A DNA stretch of 64,000 bases from Anaerolineales bacterium (GTDB lineage Bacteria; Chloroflexota; Anaerolineae; Anaerolineales; UBA11579): assembly GCA_019637805.1 (NCBI GenBank), contig JAHBVB010000002.1, forward strand, positions 916,981 through 980,980, in the 5' to 3' direction. Position 1 is the stretch's first letter, and each line of letters starts with the position of its first letter. Positions 1 to 9,021 of the stretch are shown in pieces. The position numbers and the translations under genes are program-made. A model generated the notes under the pieces. That model saw nothing but the letters and a program-made list of their open reading frames with translations, made no database searches and was not told the DNA's origin.

Positions 1-283
1 TGCCGACCGCGCCGCGGTTGTTCTGCGAGCTGATGTGCGAGCCCGCCAGGCTGACCAAGGCTGAGGTGATTTCCAAGCCGGAACTGCGTTCCGCCTTGTC
101 GATCGAGTGGCCGATGGCGCGAGTGGCGGCGTTGATGTCCACCACCGTGCCTTTGCGCACACCCTGGGACGGCTCAATGCCCACGCCCAGCACGCGCACA
201 CGCCCGTCATTTTCCACGCGGGCGACGATGGTACAGATTTTGGTGGTGCCGATGTCTACACCGACGACGATAGGTGCGGCCAT
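1..283 (-). CDS. ftsA: Cell division protein FtsA, N-terminal part only (gene runs off the left edge)
   Basis: Absent from the ORF track because it is open at the window edge. My reverse translation from the ATG at 283..281 reads MAAPIVVGVDIGTTKICTIVARVENDGRVRVLGVGIEPSQGVRKGTVVDINAA. This carries the actin-fold phosphate-1 motif DIGT and looks like a typical FtsA N-terminus. It lies directly downstream of ftsQ. Confidence 0.85.
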   Translation of the reverse strand, partial: MAAPIVVGVDIGTTKICTIVARVENDGRVRVLGVGIEPSQGVRKGTVVDINAATRAIGHSIDKAERSSGLEITSALVSLAGSHISSQNNRGAVG

Positions 284-285
284 GA

Positions 286-1251
286 TTAATAGTCCATTCG
301 ATAGTATGGCGCATGCAGTTCGGCCACGCTGATTAGGGTCGGGGCCAATCTGCGGCTGGCCAATTCTGCCAAAATTGAGCGATAGACGGCCATGCGCTGA
401 ACGATGTCGGCGCCGTCCTGCCCAAAGAAAGCCTGCCAGCCACCCGGGTCGGTCCAGCCAAACCCATGCGTGGCATCGTAAATCAGCGGGGCGCCTTGCG
501 GTGCGATCTGGCTGAGGATCTTGATGGCAGAGACCATCTCGAAGCGCAGCAACTGGTGGCGACCGTATTGGTCGGTCTTCATCAGCGGCGGCGCGCTGAT
601 GGCGCTGACCTGCACCAGACCTTCACCGCCCTGCTGCGGAGTAAAGGCTACACCGGCCGCATCCACCCACACGGTCAGGCCAGCTTGCTGCCAGGAGAGC
701 ACTGGTTCGCGTTCGACTACACGCACGGTCAGCCTGGAGGGGAAGCCGACAGTAACAGACACGCGCTCCAGCTCAGGGAACTGGGTCTGCAGCACCTGCA
801 GCAACTCATCCGGTTGGATGCTGAAGATGGAAGCGCCAGCCACGCGCAGCGCAGTGTTCACCGCGGCGGCATCCAAGCGCTGGGCGCCTTGCAAACGGAT
901 CTCCGAGACGGTGAAAGCCGAACTGAAGCCCATCAGGTAGAGCAGAGCCAAGCAGCCGAGGACCAGCGCAGCCGAAATGACCCGGGCGCCGACCCGCACG
1001 GCGGGTAGCACCGGCAGGCGCAGCTCTGCGCCCAGTTCACCCAGCTTCAAGTAACGCGGCCGGCGGGAGCGCACGGAGCTGGCCGCCTGGCGGCGATCCA
1101 ATTCGGGGTTGCGCGCCACCATTTGCGGACCGCTGGCCACCGAATGGGCGCTGACGCCAAAGGCGTTGCGCTCCACCAGCGGGCGGCCTTCGCGGCGCTG
1201 CAAACGGCGCGAGCGTACCTGTTGGGCGCGGGTCATAGAGCCTTCCGCCAT
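286..1251 (-). CDS. ftsQ: Cell division protein FtsQ/DivIB (POTRA domain)
   Basis: Arg-rich cytoplasmic N-terminus, a single TM helix (VISAALVLGCLALLYLMGF), then a POTRA-like segment FTVSEIRLQGAQRLD. It sits in the canonical position between ddl and ftsA. Confidence 0.8.
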   Translation of the reverse strand: MAEGSMTRAQQVRSRRLQRREGRPLVERNAFGVSAHSVASGPQMVARNPELDRRQAASSVRSRRPRYLKLGELGAELRLPVLPAVRVGARVISAALVLGCLALLYLMGFSSAFTVSEIRLQGAQRLDAAAVNTALRVAGASIFSIQPDELLQVLQTQFPELERVSVTVGFPSRLTVRVVEREPVLSWQQAGLTVWVDAAGVAFTPQQGGEGLVQVSAISAPPLMKTDQYGRHQLLRFEMVSAIKILSQIAPQGAPLIYDATHGFGWTDPGGWQAFFGQDGADIVQRMAVYRSILAELASRRLAPTLISVAELHAPYYRMDY

Positions 1252-1253
1252 GA

Positions 1254-2366
1254 CTAGCCTCCCCTCGTGTAATCAAAACGCTGCGCGCCGCGCTGGGCGT
1301 GCCGCTCCAGGGCCAGCTCAATAAGCCGGTCCACCAATTCGCCGCCGGGGATGCCGCTGGCCGCCCACAGTTGCGGATACATGCTGATTTGAGTGAAACC
1401 CGGCAAGGTGTTTAATTCGTTCAAGTACACTTCGCCACTCTCCTGATCCAGAAAAAAGTCCACCCGCGCCAACCCGGCCAGGTCCACAGCTTTATAAGCC
1501 TGGATCGCCAGGGCGCGAATACGCTCGGCGGTCTCGGCGGGGATATCTGCCGGGATGGCGCTGCGCGAACGCTCGTCATGGTATTTGGCCTCGTAGCTGT
1601 AAAACTCGGCCTCGGGGATGATCTCCCCGCACTGCGAGGCCTGCGGCTGATCGTTGCCCAGCACAGCCACCTCGATCTCACGCACCTTGTGGCCCTTCTG
1701 CACCACCATACGCCGGTCGTATTGAGCGGCATAGAGCAATGCCTCGACCAGATCGGAACGGCTATGAGCTTTGCTCACGCCTACGGAGGACCCCAGGTTG
1801 GCCGGTTTGATAAACAAGGGGTACTCGCCGGCGCTCTCGGCTACACGCACTGCCGTCTCAATATCGTTCTCCACTTCAGAACGCAGGATAAGAACTGTAT
1901 TGACCACCGGAATGTTATTGGCGCGCATCACATCGGCGAACAGAGCCTTATCCATGCCGGCCGCGGAACCCAAAACACCGGCGCCCACGTAGGCCACGCC
2001 GGCCATTTCGAGCAGGCCCTGCAGGGTGCCATCCTCGCCAAAAGTGCCGTGCAAAACGGGGAAGACCACATCCAGTTCGCCCAGCGTTTGCAAGCGCTCG
2101 TCGGTCTCAATGCGCTTGAGGCCGCGGCGCGTCGGATCGGGCAGCAAGGTGGCCGGCTGCAGGCCGGCGCTGTCCTCGGCTTGCAGCGCGGTCAAAACGT
2201 CCGCGCCGGTCCACCAGTCGCCCTGCTTGCTGATGCCCACTTGGATGACCTGGTACTTGGCGGGGTCGAGCATAGACAGCACGAATTTGGCCGACATTAG
2301 CGACACTGCGTGCTCGCCAGACCGTCCGCCAAAAACCACCGCCACGTTCAACTTGCTAGCCGTCAT
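1254..2366 (-). CDS. ddl: D-alanine--D-alanine ligase
   Basis: VAVVFGGRSGEHAVSLMSA N-terminus and an ATP-grasp C-terminus (ARVDFFL, LNELNTLPGFT). I chose the ATG at 2366 (MTASKL), which forms an ATGA overlap with the murB stop. The track start at 2372 is a TTG. Confidence 0.93.
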   Translation of the reverse strand: MTASKLNVAVVFGGRSGEHAVSLMSAKFVLSMLDPAKYQVIQVGISKQGDWWTGADVLTALQAEDSAGLQPATLLPDPTRRGLKRIETDERLQTLGELDVVFPVLHGTFGEDGTLQGLLEMAGVAYVGAGVLGSAAGMDKALFADVMRANNIPVVNTVLILRSEVENDIETAVRVAESAGEYPLFIKPANLGSSVGVSKAHSRSDLVEALLYAAQYDRRMVVQKGHKVREIEVAVLGNDQPQASQCGEIIPEAEFYSYEAKYHDERSRSAIPADIPAETAERIRALAIQAYKAVDLAGLARVDFFLDQESGEVYLNELNTLPGFTQISMYPQLWAASGIPGGELVDRLIELALERHAQRGAQRFDYTRGG

Positions 2367-3283
2367 TCCCAATCACCGATCAACTCCACTTCCAGTTGCA
2401 ATTCCACGCCGGACTGGTCTTTGACCGCCTGGCGGGCTTGCTGAATAAGTGCATACACATCCTCGGCGCGCCCCCCGCCGCGGTTGAGGAAAAAGTTGGC
2501 ATGCAGCGGGCTGATCTGCGCCTGACCCTGCTGCAAACCCTTGAGGCCAGCCGCTTCGATCAGGCGACCGGCGCTATCGCCCGGCGGGTTCTTAAACATG
2601 GAACCCATGCTGGCCCCGGGCGGTTGTGTCAGGCGGCGGTAGGCATTGAAGCTCTCCATCGCACTGCGGATCTCCGCTTCGGGCACCGGATTCAACCGCA
2701 ACCGGGCGGCCAAGACCACCGCCTGCCCGGGATGGGCCTTGAACCAACTGGTGCGGTAGCCATAAGCCATCTGCTCAGCCGTCCACGTTTGCCTGCCCTG
2801 TGTACAGTGCAAGATGTCTGCCAACTCCAGCACCGCAGCCGTGTCGCCGCCGTGGGCGCCGGCGTTGCCGGCCACGGCCCCGCCCAGGCTGCCGGGGATG
2901 CCGGCGGCCCATTCCAGACCGCCCAGGCCCTTGGCGGCCGCCTGGCGGGCGATCACGCCCAGCCCGGCCCCCGATTCGGCCCAGACCCCTTGGTCATCGA
3001 AGACGACTTGGTTGGCCTGGTTCAGCAGCACCACCTGGCGCACACCTGCATCGCTGACCAGCACGTTGGAGCCGCCGCCCAGAACAATGAAAGGCAGCTC
3101 CAGGTCCCAAAGCGCCTGCGCGCTGGCAGCCAGCTCATCGGCGCTGCTGGCCAGCACGAGCGCATCGGCCGCCCCGCCCAGGCGCGCTGAGGTATAGCGC
3201 GCCAGCGGGTGCTGCTCGCGCAGACGCTCGCCAAAGGCGGCTCTCAGGGCATCCAGGGGCAAGGTAACGGCCATAGGCTGCAT
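2363..3283 (-). CDS. murB: UDP-N-acetylenolpyruvoylglucosamine reductase
   Basis: FAD-binding N-terminus (RYTSARLGGAADALV, LGGGSNVLV) and a C-terminal MurB domain (GSMFKNP). It sits within the dcw cluster. Confidence 0.93.
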   Translation of the reverse strand: MQPMAVTLPLDALRAAFGERLREQHPLARYTSARLGGAADALVLASSADELAASAQALWDLELPFIVLGGGSNVLVSDAGVRQVVLLNQANQVVFDDQGVWAESGAGLGVIARQAAAKGLGGLEWAAGIPGSLGGAVAGNAGAHGGDTAAVLELADILHCTQGRQTWTAEQMAYGYRTSWFKAHPGQAVVLAARLRLNPVPEAEIRSAMESFNAYRRLTQPPGASMGSMFKNPPGDSAGRLIEAAGLKGLQQGQAQISPLHANFFLNRGGGRAEDVYALIQQARQAVKDQSGVELQLEVELIGDWE

Positions 3284-3465
3284 CAGATCTTCTTGACGCG
3301 CTGCACGATGCGCTGCAAGACCTCACGGGTGGCTTCATCTTTGCTCAGGTGGCTGCCCGGCTTGCGCGCTTTGGCCGCAGCCTGGGATTGTTTGGCCTCT
3401 ACGACTTCAGGGTAGGCCACCACAAAGGGCGTCAGGACAAAAGTCTTCTGGCGTTGCTCAAGCAT
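3283..3465 (-). CDS. Hypothetical 60-aa protein embedded between murC and murB
   Basis: MLEQRQKTFVLTPFVVAYPEVVEAKQSQAAAKARKPGSHLSKDEATREVLQRIVQRVKKI. Its ATG overlaps the murC stop (ATGCTTGA) and its TGA overlaps the murB ATG (TGATG), so it fills the gap exactly. I recognise no homology. Confidence 0.5.
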   Translation of the reverse strand: MLEQRQKTFVLTPFVVAYPEVVEAKQSQAAAKARKPGSHLSKDEATREVLQRIVQRVKKI

Positions 3466-4843
3466 GCTTGCTCTCCTTTTCTTGCAATTGGCGGAAGATG
3501 CGTTCACTGAGAAGAATGGCGTCTCCGGCGGACATGATCAGCAGCACATCACCGGGCTGCAAACTAGACTCAAGGCGGGCCTGGGTCGCGTCCAAGTCTC
3601 CGGCCCATTCGACCGCCGGATGCTGAACCGCCCCCACGATGGCATCCAAATCAAAGCCCGGCGGGCTCTGCTCGCGGGCGGCGTATACGTCGGTGACCAG
3701 CACCTGGTCGGCATCGCCGAAGGTGACCGCGTACTGCTCACGCAGTGCGCCGGTGCGGCTGTAGGTGTGCGGCTGCCAAACCGCCACCAGCCGGCGGCCA
3801 GGGTAGCGCGCCTTGGCCGCCGCCAGGGTGCTGCGTATCTCGGCGGGATGGTGGGCGTAGTCATCCACCACCAGCACCCCACCCACTTCGCCACGCAGCT
3901 CAAAGCGCCGCGAAGTGCCGCGGAAGTCTGCCAGGGCCAGCGCCGCCTCGGCCGGGTCCAAACCCAGGGCATGTGCCGCGGCCAGGGCGCCCAAAGCATT
4001 CTGCGCATTGTGCAGCCCAGGCACCTGCAAGCTCACCGGGGCCAAAAGCTCACCGCGATACATAGCCTCAAAGCGATAGCCAAGCCCTTCCTGTGAGACC
4101 AGCTGCTGTGCGCTGTAATCCGCTTCGTGGCTATACGCATAATAGCGGGTTTCAAGGCCTCGGCTCTGAGCATAGTCTCCCAAGGCTCTCGCGCCGGGGT
4201 CGTCGGCACAAGCCAGCAGCATGCCGCCAGGCTGGATGCGCTCCACAAACTTCTGGAACGCCTGCATGAAACTATCCGGCGTAGGGAACATGTCCGGATG
4301 GTCGTGTTCTACGTTGGTGACCAGGGCCAACTGCGGCGCCAGCCCCAGGAACATATAGTCGTACTCGTCAGCTTCGACCACAAACCAGCGTCCCGCCCCG
4401 GCAGCCGCGTTGCTGCCCAGGTTGGCGGCCGGGCTGCCAATAATGTAGCCGGGCCGCTGGTTGAGCGCAGTGAAAACCCAGGCCAGCATGGCGGTGGTGG
4501 TCGTCTTGCCATGCGAGCCCGCTACGCCGATCACCTGTTGCTCAGCCAGCAGCTGGCCCAGGAAATCGGCCCGCTTGTAGACCGGCACGCCCTTGGCATG
4601 GGCGGCCTGCACCTCGACATTGTCATCGCCTACGGCGGAGGAGCGCACCACTTGCGCCGCCCCGTTCACATTTCCTGCCGCATGACCGATGTGCACAGTC
4701 GCCCCGGCGCGGCGTAAAGCCTGCGCCAGCGGGGAGTCCTCGCGGTCGGAGCCGGTCACAGCCTGGCCGCGTTCCAACAGGACGCGGGCGATGGCGGACA
4801 AGCCTGTGCCGCCAATGCCGATGAAGTGTGTGGCGCCATTCAT
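3458..4843 (-). CDS. murC: UDP-N-acetylmuramate--L-alanine ligase
   Basis: MNGATHFIGIGGTGLSAIARVL and GSHGKTTTTAML motifs. I moved the start to the ATG at 4843, which gives an ATGA overlap with the upstream gene stop. The longer track ORF would overlap the cvpA-like gene. Confidence 0.93.
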   Translation of the reverse strand: MNGATHFIGIGGTGLSAIARVLLERGQAVTGSDREDSPLAQALRRAGATVHIGHAAGNVNGAAQVVRSSAVGDDNVEVQAAHAKGVPVYKRADFLGQLLAEQQVIGVAGSHGKTTTTAMLAWVFTALNQRPGYIIGSPAANLGSNAAAGAGRWFVVEADEYDYMFLGLAPQLALVTNVEHDHPDMFPTPDSFMQAFQKFVERIQPGGMLLACADDPGARALGDYAQSRGLETRYYAYSHEADYSAQQLVSQEGLGYRFEAMYRGELLAPVSLQVPGLHNAQNALGALAAAHALGLDPAEAALALADFRGTSRRFELRGEVGGVLVVDDYAHHPAEIRSTLAAAKARYPGRRLVAVWQPHTYSRTGALREQYAVTFGDADQVLVTDVYAAREQSPPGFDLDAIVGAVQHPAVEWAGDLDATQARLESSLQPGDVLLIMSAGDAILLSERIFRQLQEKESKHA

Positions 4844-5355
4844 ATCACCACCACCATCACGAAGGTGAAGGCCACCGCCACCGCGAAATAAATGGCGGGC
4901 ACACCCAGGATGGCCGGCGCCATGAAGACCATCAGGTTGACCAGTTCCGGCCCGGGAGCCACTACCCAATCAAAGGGGTAGCCCGACTGGTGCAGGTAGT
5001 ACAGCAGCGAGCCGAACAGCACATAGCCATTCAACGCGCCGGCCAGGCCGCCCAGCAACGAGTCTTCAAAGCGCTGGCGCAGCACCACCTCAGACAATTG
5101 GCGCAGCTTGGGGCTTTGGTAGCCGAAGAAAGCAAAAATGATCACCACCGCGGCATGCACGTAAAAGACGCGGCCTGGGCCGCCCGCATCCATATAAGGT
5201 TTCATGAACGGCACATACTGCAAAAAGACGGTGATGACGAAGATCGCCAAGATCAGGCTGAAAGTGACCAGCACTTCTTTGGACCAGCCGCGGATAAAAC
5301 CCACGAAGGTGAAGATGCCGATCAGGAGCCAGAACAGCGTTTCCAGAGAGATCAT
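4840..5355 (-). CDS. Small polytopic membrane protein, CvpA-like
   Basis: A 171-aa protein with 4-5 hydrophobic helices. The N-terminal pattern FVGFIRGWSKEVL resembles the CvpA G-x-RG-x-x-x-E signature. It has ATGA overlaps with both murG and murC. Confidence 0.5.
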   Translation of the reverse strand: MISLETLFWLLIGIFTFVGFIRGWSKEVLVTFSLILAIFVITVFLQYVPFMKPYMDAGGPGRVFYVHAAVVIIFAFFGYQSPKLRQLSEVVLRQRFEDSLLGGLAGALNGYVLFGSLLYYLHQSGYPFDWVVAPGPELVNLMVFMAPAILGVPAIYFAVAVAFTFVMVVVI

Positions 5356-6443
5356 GCTTGCGACCCTCCCAACTGGCGCAGCTGCGCCGCGATGTGCTGG
5401 GCCGCCTGTGGGGCGGCCAGCTGGGCCATGGCGCGGGCCAGCTGCTGTAGCCGCGGCTTATCTTCGATCAGGCCGATCACAGTGCCAGCCAGTGAAGCGG
5501 CCATGTCTTCGTCGGCCAGGACCACGGCCGCGCCGCGCGCCTGCAAAAAGCCTGCGTTGACGTGTTGCAGGTGTTGCTTGAACGGGATCGGCACCAGCAC
5601 GGCCGGCAAGCCGAAGTGCGGCAGCTCGCCCAGAGTGGATGCGCCCGCCCGGCACACGGCCAGGTCAGCGGCAGCGAAGGCCGCGCCCATGTCGTCATGC
5701 AAATAAGGGAAGGCGTGATAGCGGGCGGCCAGCTCGGCGGGCAGTTGGGCGCGGGCAGCTTCTACCTCGGTCCAGTTGCCCTGGCCGCTAATGTGCAAAA
5801 CTTGCATGCGGGCCAGCAGTTGGGGCAAGGTGGCCAGCGCGGCGCGGTTGATCGACTGGGCGCCTTTGCTGCCACCGAAGACCAACAATACGGGCAGTGA
5901 CTTCTCCAGGCCAAAATGCTGCAGGGCTGCCGGACGCGTCCAGCGCGTGACCTCCGGACGCAGCGGGTAGCCAGTCACCACCACCCGCTCGGGGCGGCGG
6001 AAGTAGGCCCGGGCTTCTTCAGCCACGACGGCGATCGCATCCGCAAAGCGGGCGATCAGGCGCAGAGTGAAGCCCGGCTGAATATCCGGCACGAAGGCCA
6101 GCGTGGGCGTGCGCCCGGCGGCCAGCGCCACCGGGGCGGCCACGAAACCGCCAGTAAAGAAGAGCACATCCGGACGGAACTCGGCCAGCAGGTGGCGGGC
6201 TGCCAGGTAGCCCCGGGCCAGCTGCCACAGGTTGCCGGGCAGCGCCAATAGGCCCACGCCATGCAACCCAGCGGCGGGCAGGCTGCGCAGTTGGTAGCCG
6301 GCACGCGTCACCAGGTCGTGCTCCATGCCGCCTTCACCGCCAACCCACAGCAGCTCCACGTCTTTACTGCCCAACTCTTGAAGCACGGCGAGAGCGGGAT
6401 ACACCCCACCCCCGCTCGCTCCGGCGGCCACGAGTAGTCGCAT
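5352..6443 (-). CDS. murG: UDP-N-acetylglucosamine--N-acetylmuramyl-(pentapeptide) pyrophosphoryl-undecaprenol GlcNAc transferase
   Basis: MRLLVAAGASGGGVYPALAV N-terminal G-loop with a GT28 C-terminal domain (LLVFGGSKGA, CRAGASTLGEL). Confidence 0.93.
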   Translation of the reverse strand: MRLLVAAGASGGGVYPALAVLQELGSKDVELLWVGGEGGMEHDLVTRAGYQLRSLPAAGLHGVGLLALPGNLWQLARGYLAARHLLAEFRPDVLFFTGGFVAAPVALAAGRTPTLAFVPDIQPGFTLRLIARFADAIAVVAEEARAYFRRPERVVVTGYPLRPEVTRWTRPAALQHFGLEKSLPVLLVFGGSKGAQSINRAALATLPQLLARMQVLHISGQGNWTEVEAARAQLPAELAARYHAFPYLHDDMGAAFAAADLAVCRAGASTLGELPHFGLPAVLVPIPFKQHLQHVNAGFLQARGAAVVLADEDMAASLAGTVIGLIEDKPRLQQLARAMAQLAAPQAAQHIAAQLRQLGGSQA

Positions 6444-7650
6444 CCAGAGTCCTTTCTTCCTCTACACTTTGTTCACGCGAGGCGCGTGAAATACTCATCA
6501 AAATACCCAGGGCTGCCAGGTTGGTCACCAGGCTGGAACCGCCAAAGCTGATCATCGGCAGCGTGTTGCCGGCAAAAGGCACCAGGCCGACCAACACGGC
6601 CATATTGACGCTGGCTTCCAGGGCGATCCACAGAGCGATACCGCCGGCCAGCAACGAACCGAACATATCCGGGGAGCGCCGGGCGATCACCAGCCCGCGC
6701 CACAGAATGAGGGCATACAAACCCAGGGTCAGCAGCACACCAAACAGGCCCAGTTCCTCGCCGATCACGGCGAAAACGCTGTCGGTGGGCGGCACAGGCA
6801 GGCCGGTCAACTTGGCGGTGGATTGGCCCAGGCCGACGCCAAACCAGCCGCCCTTCACGAAGGCCTCGTACGAGCGCAAGATATGGTCGTTGGCCAGGGT
6901 CGGGTCGCCCAGGCCGGTCACGTAGTCGGTGATGCGCACCCGCGCCGTAGTGCTGAACTGCATCAACAGTGGGATCAGCGCCGCCGTGCCGCCCACGATC
7001 AGGCCAATTTGCAGCACGGAACCGCCTGCCAGGAAGAACATCAGGCCGCCCAGAAAGACGATGGTGGCAGCAGCGCTGATGTCCGGCTGCAAATAGATCA
7101 GGCCTGCCACCGTGCCCAACATGATGATCAAAGGCAGCAAACCGTAGGAGACCTTGCTGAGTTCGTTGCGCTTGGCATACAGCCAGACCGAGAGATAGAT
7201 CAGGGTAACCAGCTTGGCCACTTCACCCGGCATATAGGAGCCGGCCGAGAAAGCACGCGCCGAGCCGTACAGCACCTGGCCATACACCAGCACGGCGACC
7301 AGCGCCATCAGCGTGCCGCCCATCAGCAGCACGGAGTATTTGCGCCAAAAATGATAGTGGATAAAGCAGCAGGCCGTGCCGACCACCAGGCCCACCACCA
7401 GGCTGCGCATCTGCTGAAAGAACATGCGCGTGGGATCGCCATAATTGACCAGCGAGAAATCCCAACTGGCGGAATAGACCATCAGCGCCCCGAAGAGCAG
7501 CAAGGCGAAAACACCCAGCAGCAGCGGCACATCGAAGTTGATCTCCAGCTGCGGCCAGCCGGATTTCTTGCGGCGACGCGAGCGGCGTTCGCTGCGCAGC
7601 GGAGCTTCGGTCTCAGGTTCGTTGAAATCTTCAAAAGTCTGTTCGCTCAT
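6364..7650 (-). CDS. ftsW: SEDS-family peptidoglycan glycosyltransferase FtsW
   Basis: Ten-TM SEDS protein (LQPDISAAATIVFLGG, PVPPTDSVFAVIGEELG, GNTLPMISFGGSS) in the dcw position. Its 3' end overlaps murG by 80 nt. Confidence 0.9.
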   Translation of the reverse strand: MSEQTFEDFNEPETEAPLRSERRSRRRKKSGWPQLEINFDVPLLLGVFALLLFGALMVYSASWDFSLVNYGDPTRMFFQQMRSLVVGLVVGTACCFIHYHFWRKYSVLLMGGTLMALVAVLVYGQVLYGSARAFSAGSYMPGEVAKLVTLIYLSVWLYAKRNELSKVSYGLLPLIIMLGTVAGLIYLQPDISAAATIVFLGGLMFFLAGGSVLQIGLIVGGTAALIPLLMQFSTTARVRITDYVTGLGDPTLANDHILRSYEAFVKGGWFGVGLGQSTAKLTGLPVPPTDSVFAVIGEELGLFGVLLTLGLYALILWRGLVIARRSPDMFGSLLAGGIALWIALEASVNMAVLVGLVPFAGNTLPMISFGGSSLVTNLAALGILMSISRASREQSVEEERTLDATTRGRRSERGWGVSRSRRASRVGQ

Positions 7651-9020
7651 AGCTCTTTCACCAATTGGCGAAACCGCTCGCCACGCGCTTCAAAGTCCAC
7701 AAATTCGTCAAAGCTGGTGCCGCCCGGGGCCAGCAGCACCACGTCGCCCGGCTGGGCCGCTGCCGCGGCGGCGTGTACTGCGGCAGCCAGGTCGGCCGCC
7801 TGGATGCGGGGCAGCTGCGGCGCATGGGCCGCGAAAACGCTCTCCAGCATCGGGGCCGCTTCGCCAAACAGCACTACATGCCGGCTGCGTTGGGCCGCCA
7901 AGCGGGCCAAATCTGCCCAAGGCAGGCCCTTGTCCCGCCCGCCCAGCAGCAAAACGATCGGGCGGATGAAAGAGTGCAGGGCTGCTTCCGTACGCTGCGG
8001 CGCAGTGGCGATCGAGTCGTTGTACCAATCGGCATCATTCAGACTACGCACCCACTCCAAGCGATGCGGGGCGCCATGAAAGCCCTGCACGCCCGCCCGC
8101 AGCGCCTCTGCATCGGCTCCCGCCGCGGCGGCAATCGCGCAGGCCGCCAGCACGTTGGACAGGTTATGGTCGCCGATCAGCTGGACTTGATTGACTTGCA
8201 AGACCGCCGTCTCCCCTTGGGTGGTGCGCAACCATACCTGGCCGTCCCGCAGACAAGTGCCGTTCTGCCCAAAGGGCAGCTCGCCATGCCCAAAACTCCA
8301 TAACTGGCCGCGCACCTGGCTTGCCAGCGCCCAGGTGGCTGCGTCTTCGCGATTCAGGACGGCACTGTCGCCCGGCATCTGAAAGTCCAGAATGCGCGCC
8401 TTGGCCGCGGTATAGGATTCCATCGTCCCGTGTCGGTCCAGGTGATTGGGCGCCAAGTTGAGGATGGCAGCCACACTGGGCGAGCGCGTCATCCACTCCA
8501 ACTGGAAGCTGGAGAGTTCCATCACAGCCACATCTTCTGCCTGCATCTGATCCATGTCGGCCAGCAGCGGGTTGCCAATATTGCCGCCCACCCAGGCCCG
8601 GCGCACGCCGCGGCCCTGCATGGCGGCCAGCATGCGACCCACCAGCATGGTGGTGGTGGTCTTCCCGGCTGAGCCGGTGATGCCCACCACCCGACAGGGA
8701 GCCAGCTCCAGAAAGAGCTGCGAATCATTGCTGATCGGCAGGTCGCGCGCCCGGGCTTCGGCGACCAGTGGGTTGTCGCTCGGCACGCCGCCGGAAACAA
8801 ACAAAACGTCTGCGCCGTCCAGCAGCTGTAACGGATGGTTACCCAAGTGCCATTCGACCGGCAGGTTGGCCAGACGCTGCTTAGCCTCGACCAGTTCGGC
8901 CTGCGGGCGGGCGTCGTTCAGCACCACTTGCGCGCCGCGGCCCGCCGCATAAACGGCAGTGGCCTGGCCCTGGCGGCCGGCACCTACAACCACGACACGA
9001 GCGGCTTTCCAGTCGATCAC
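7647..9020 (-). CDS. murD: UDP-N-acetylmuramoylalanine--D-glutamate ligase
   Basis: VVVVGAGRQG Rossmann N-terminus, the GITGSAGKTTTT P-loop and the dcw position. Confidence 0.92.
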   Translation of the reverse strand: MIDWKAARVVVVGAGRQGQATAVYAAGRGAQVVLNDARPQAELVEAKQRLANLPVEWHLGNHPLQLLDGADVLFVSGGVPSDNPLVAEARARDLPISNDSQLFLELAPCRVVGITGSAGKTTTTMLVGRMLAAMQGRGVRRAWVGGNIGNPLLADMDQMQAEDVAVMELSSFQLEWMTRSPSVAAILNLAPNHLDRHGTMESYTAAKARILDFQMPGDSAVLNREDAATWALASQVRGQLWSFGHGELPFGQNGTCLRDGQVWLRTTQGETAVLQVNQVQLIGDHNLSNVLAACAIAAAAGADAEALRAGVQGFHGAPHRLEWVRSLNDADWYNDSIATAPQRTEAALHSFIRPIVLLLGGRDKGLPWADLARLAAQRSRHVVLFGEAAPMLESVFAAHAPQLPRIQAADLAAAVHAAAAAAQPGDVVLLAPGGTSFDEFVDFEARGERFRQLVKEL

Positions 9021-9021
9021 A

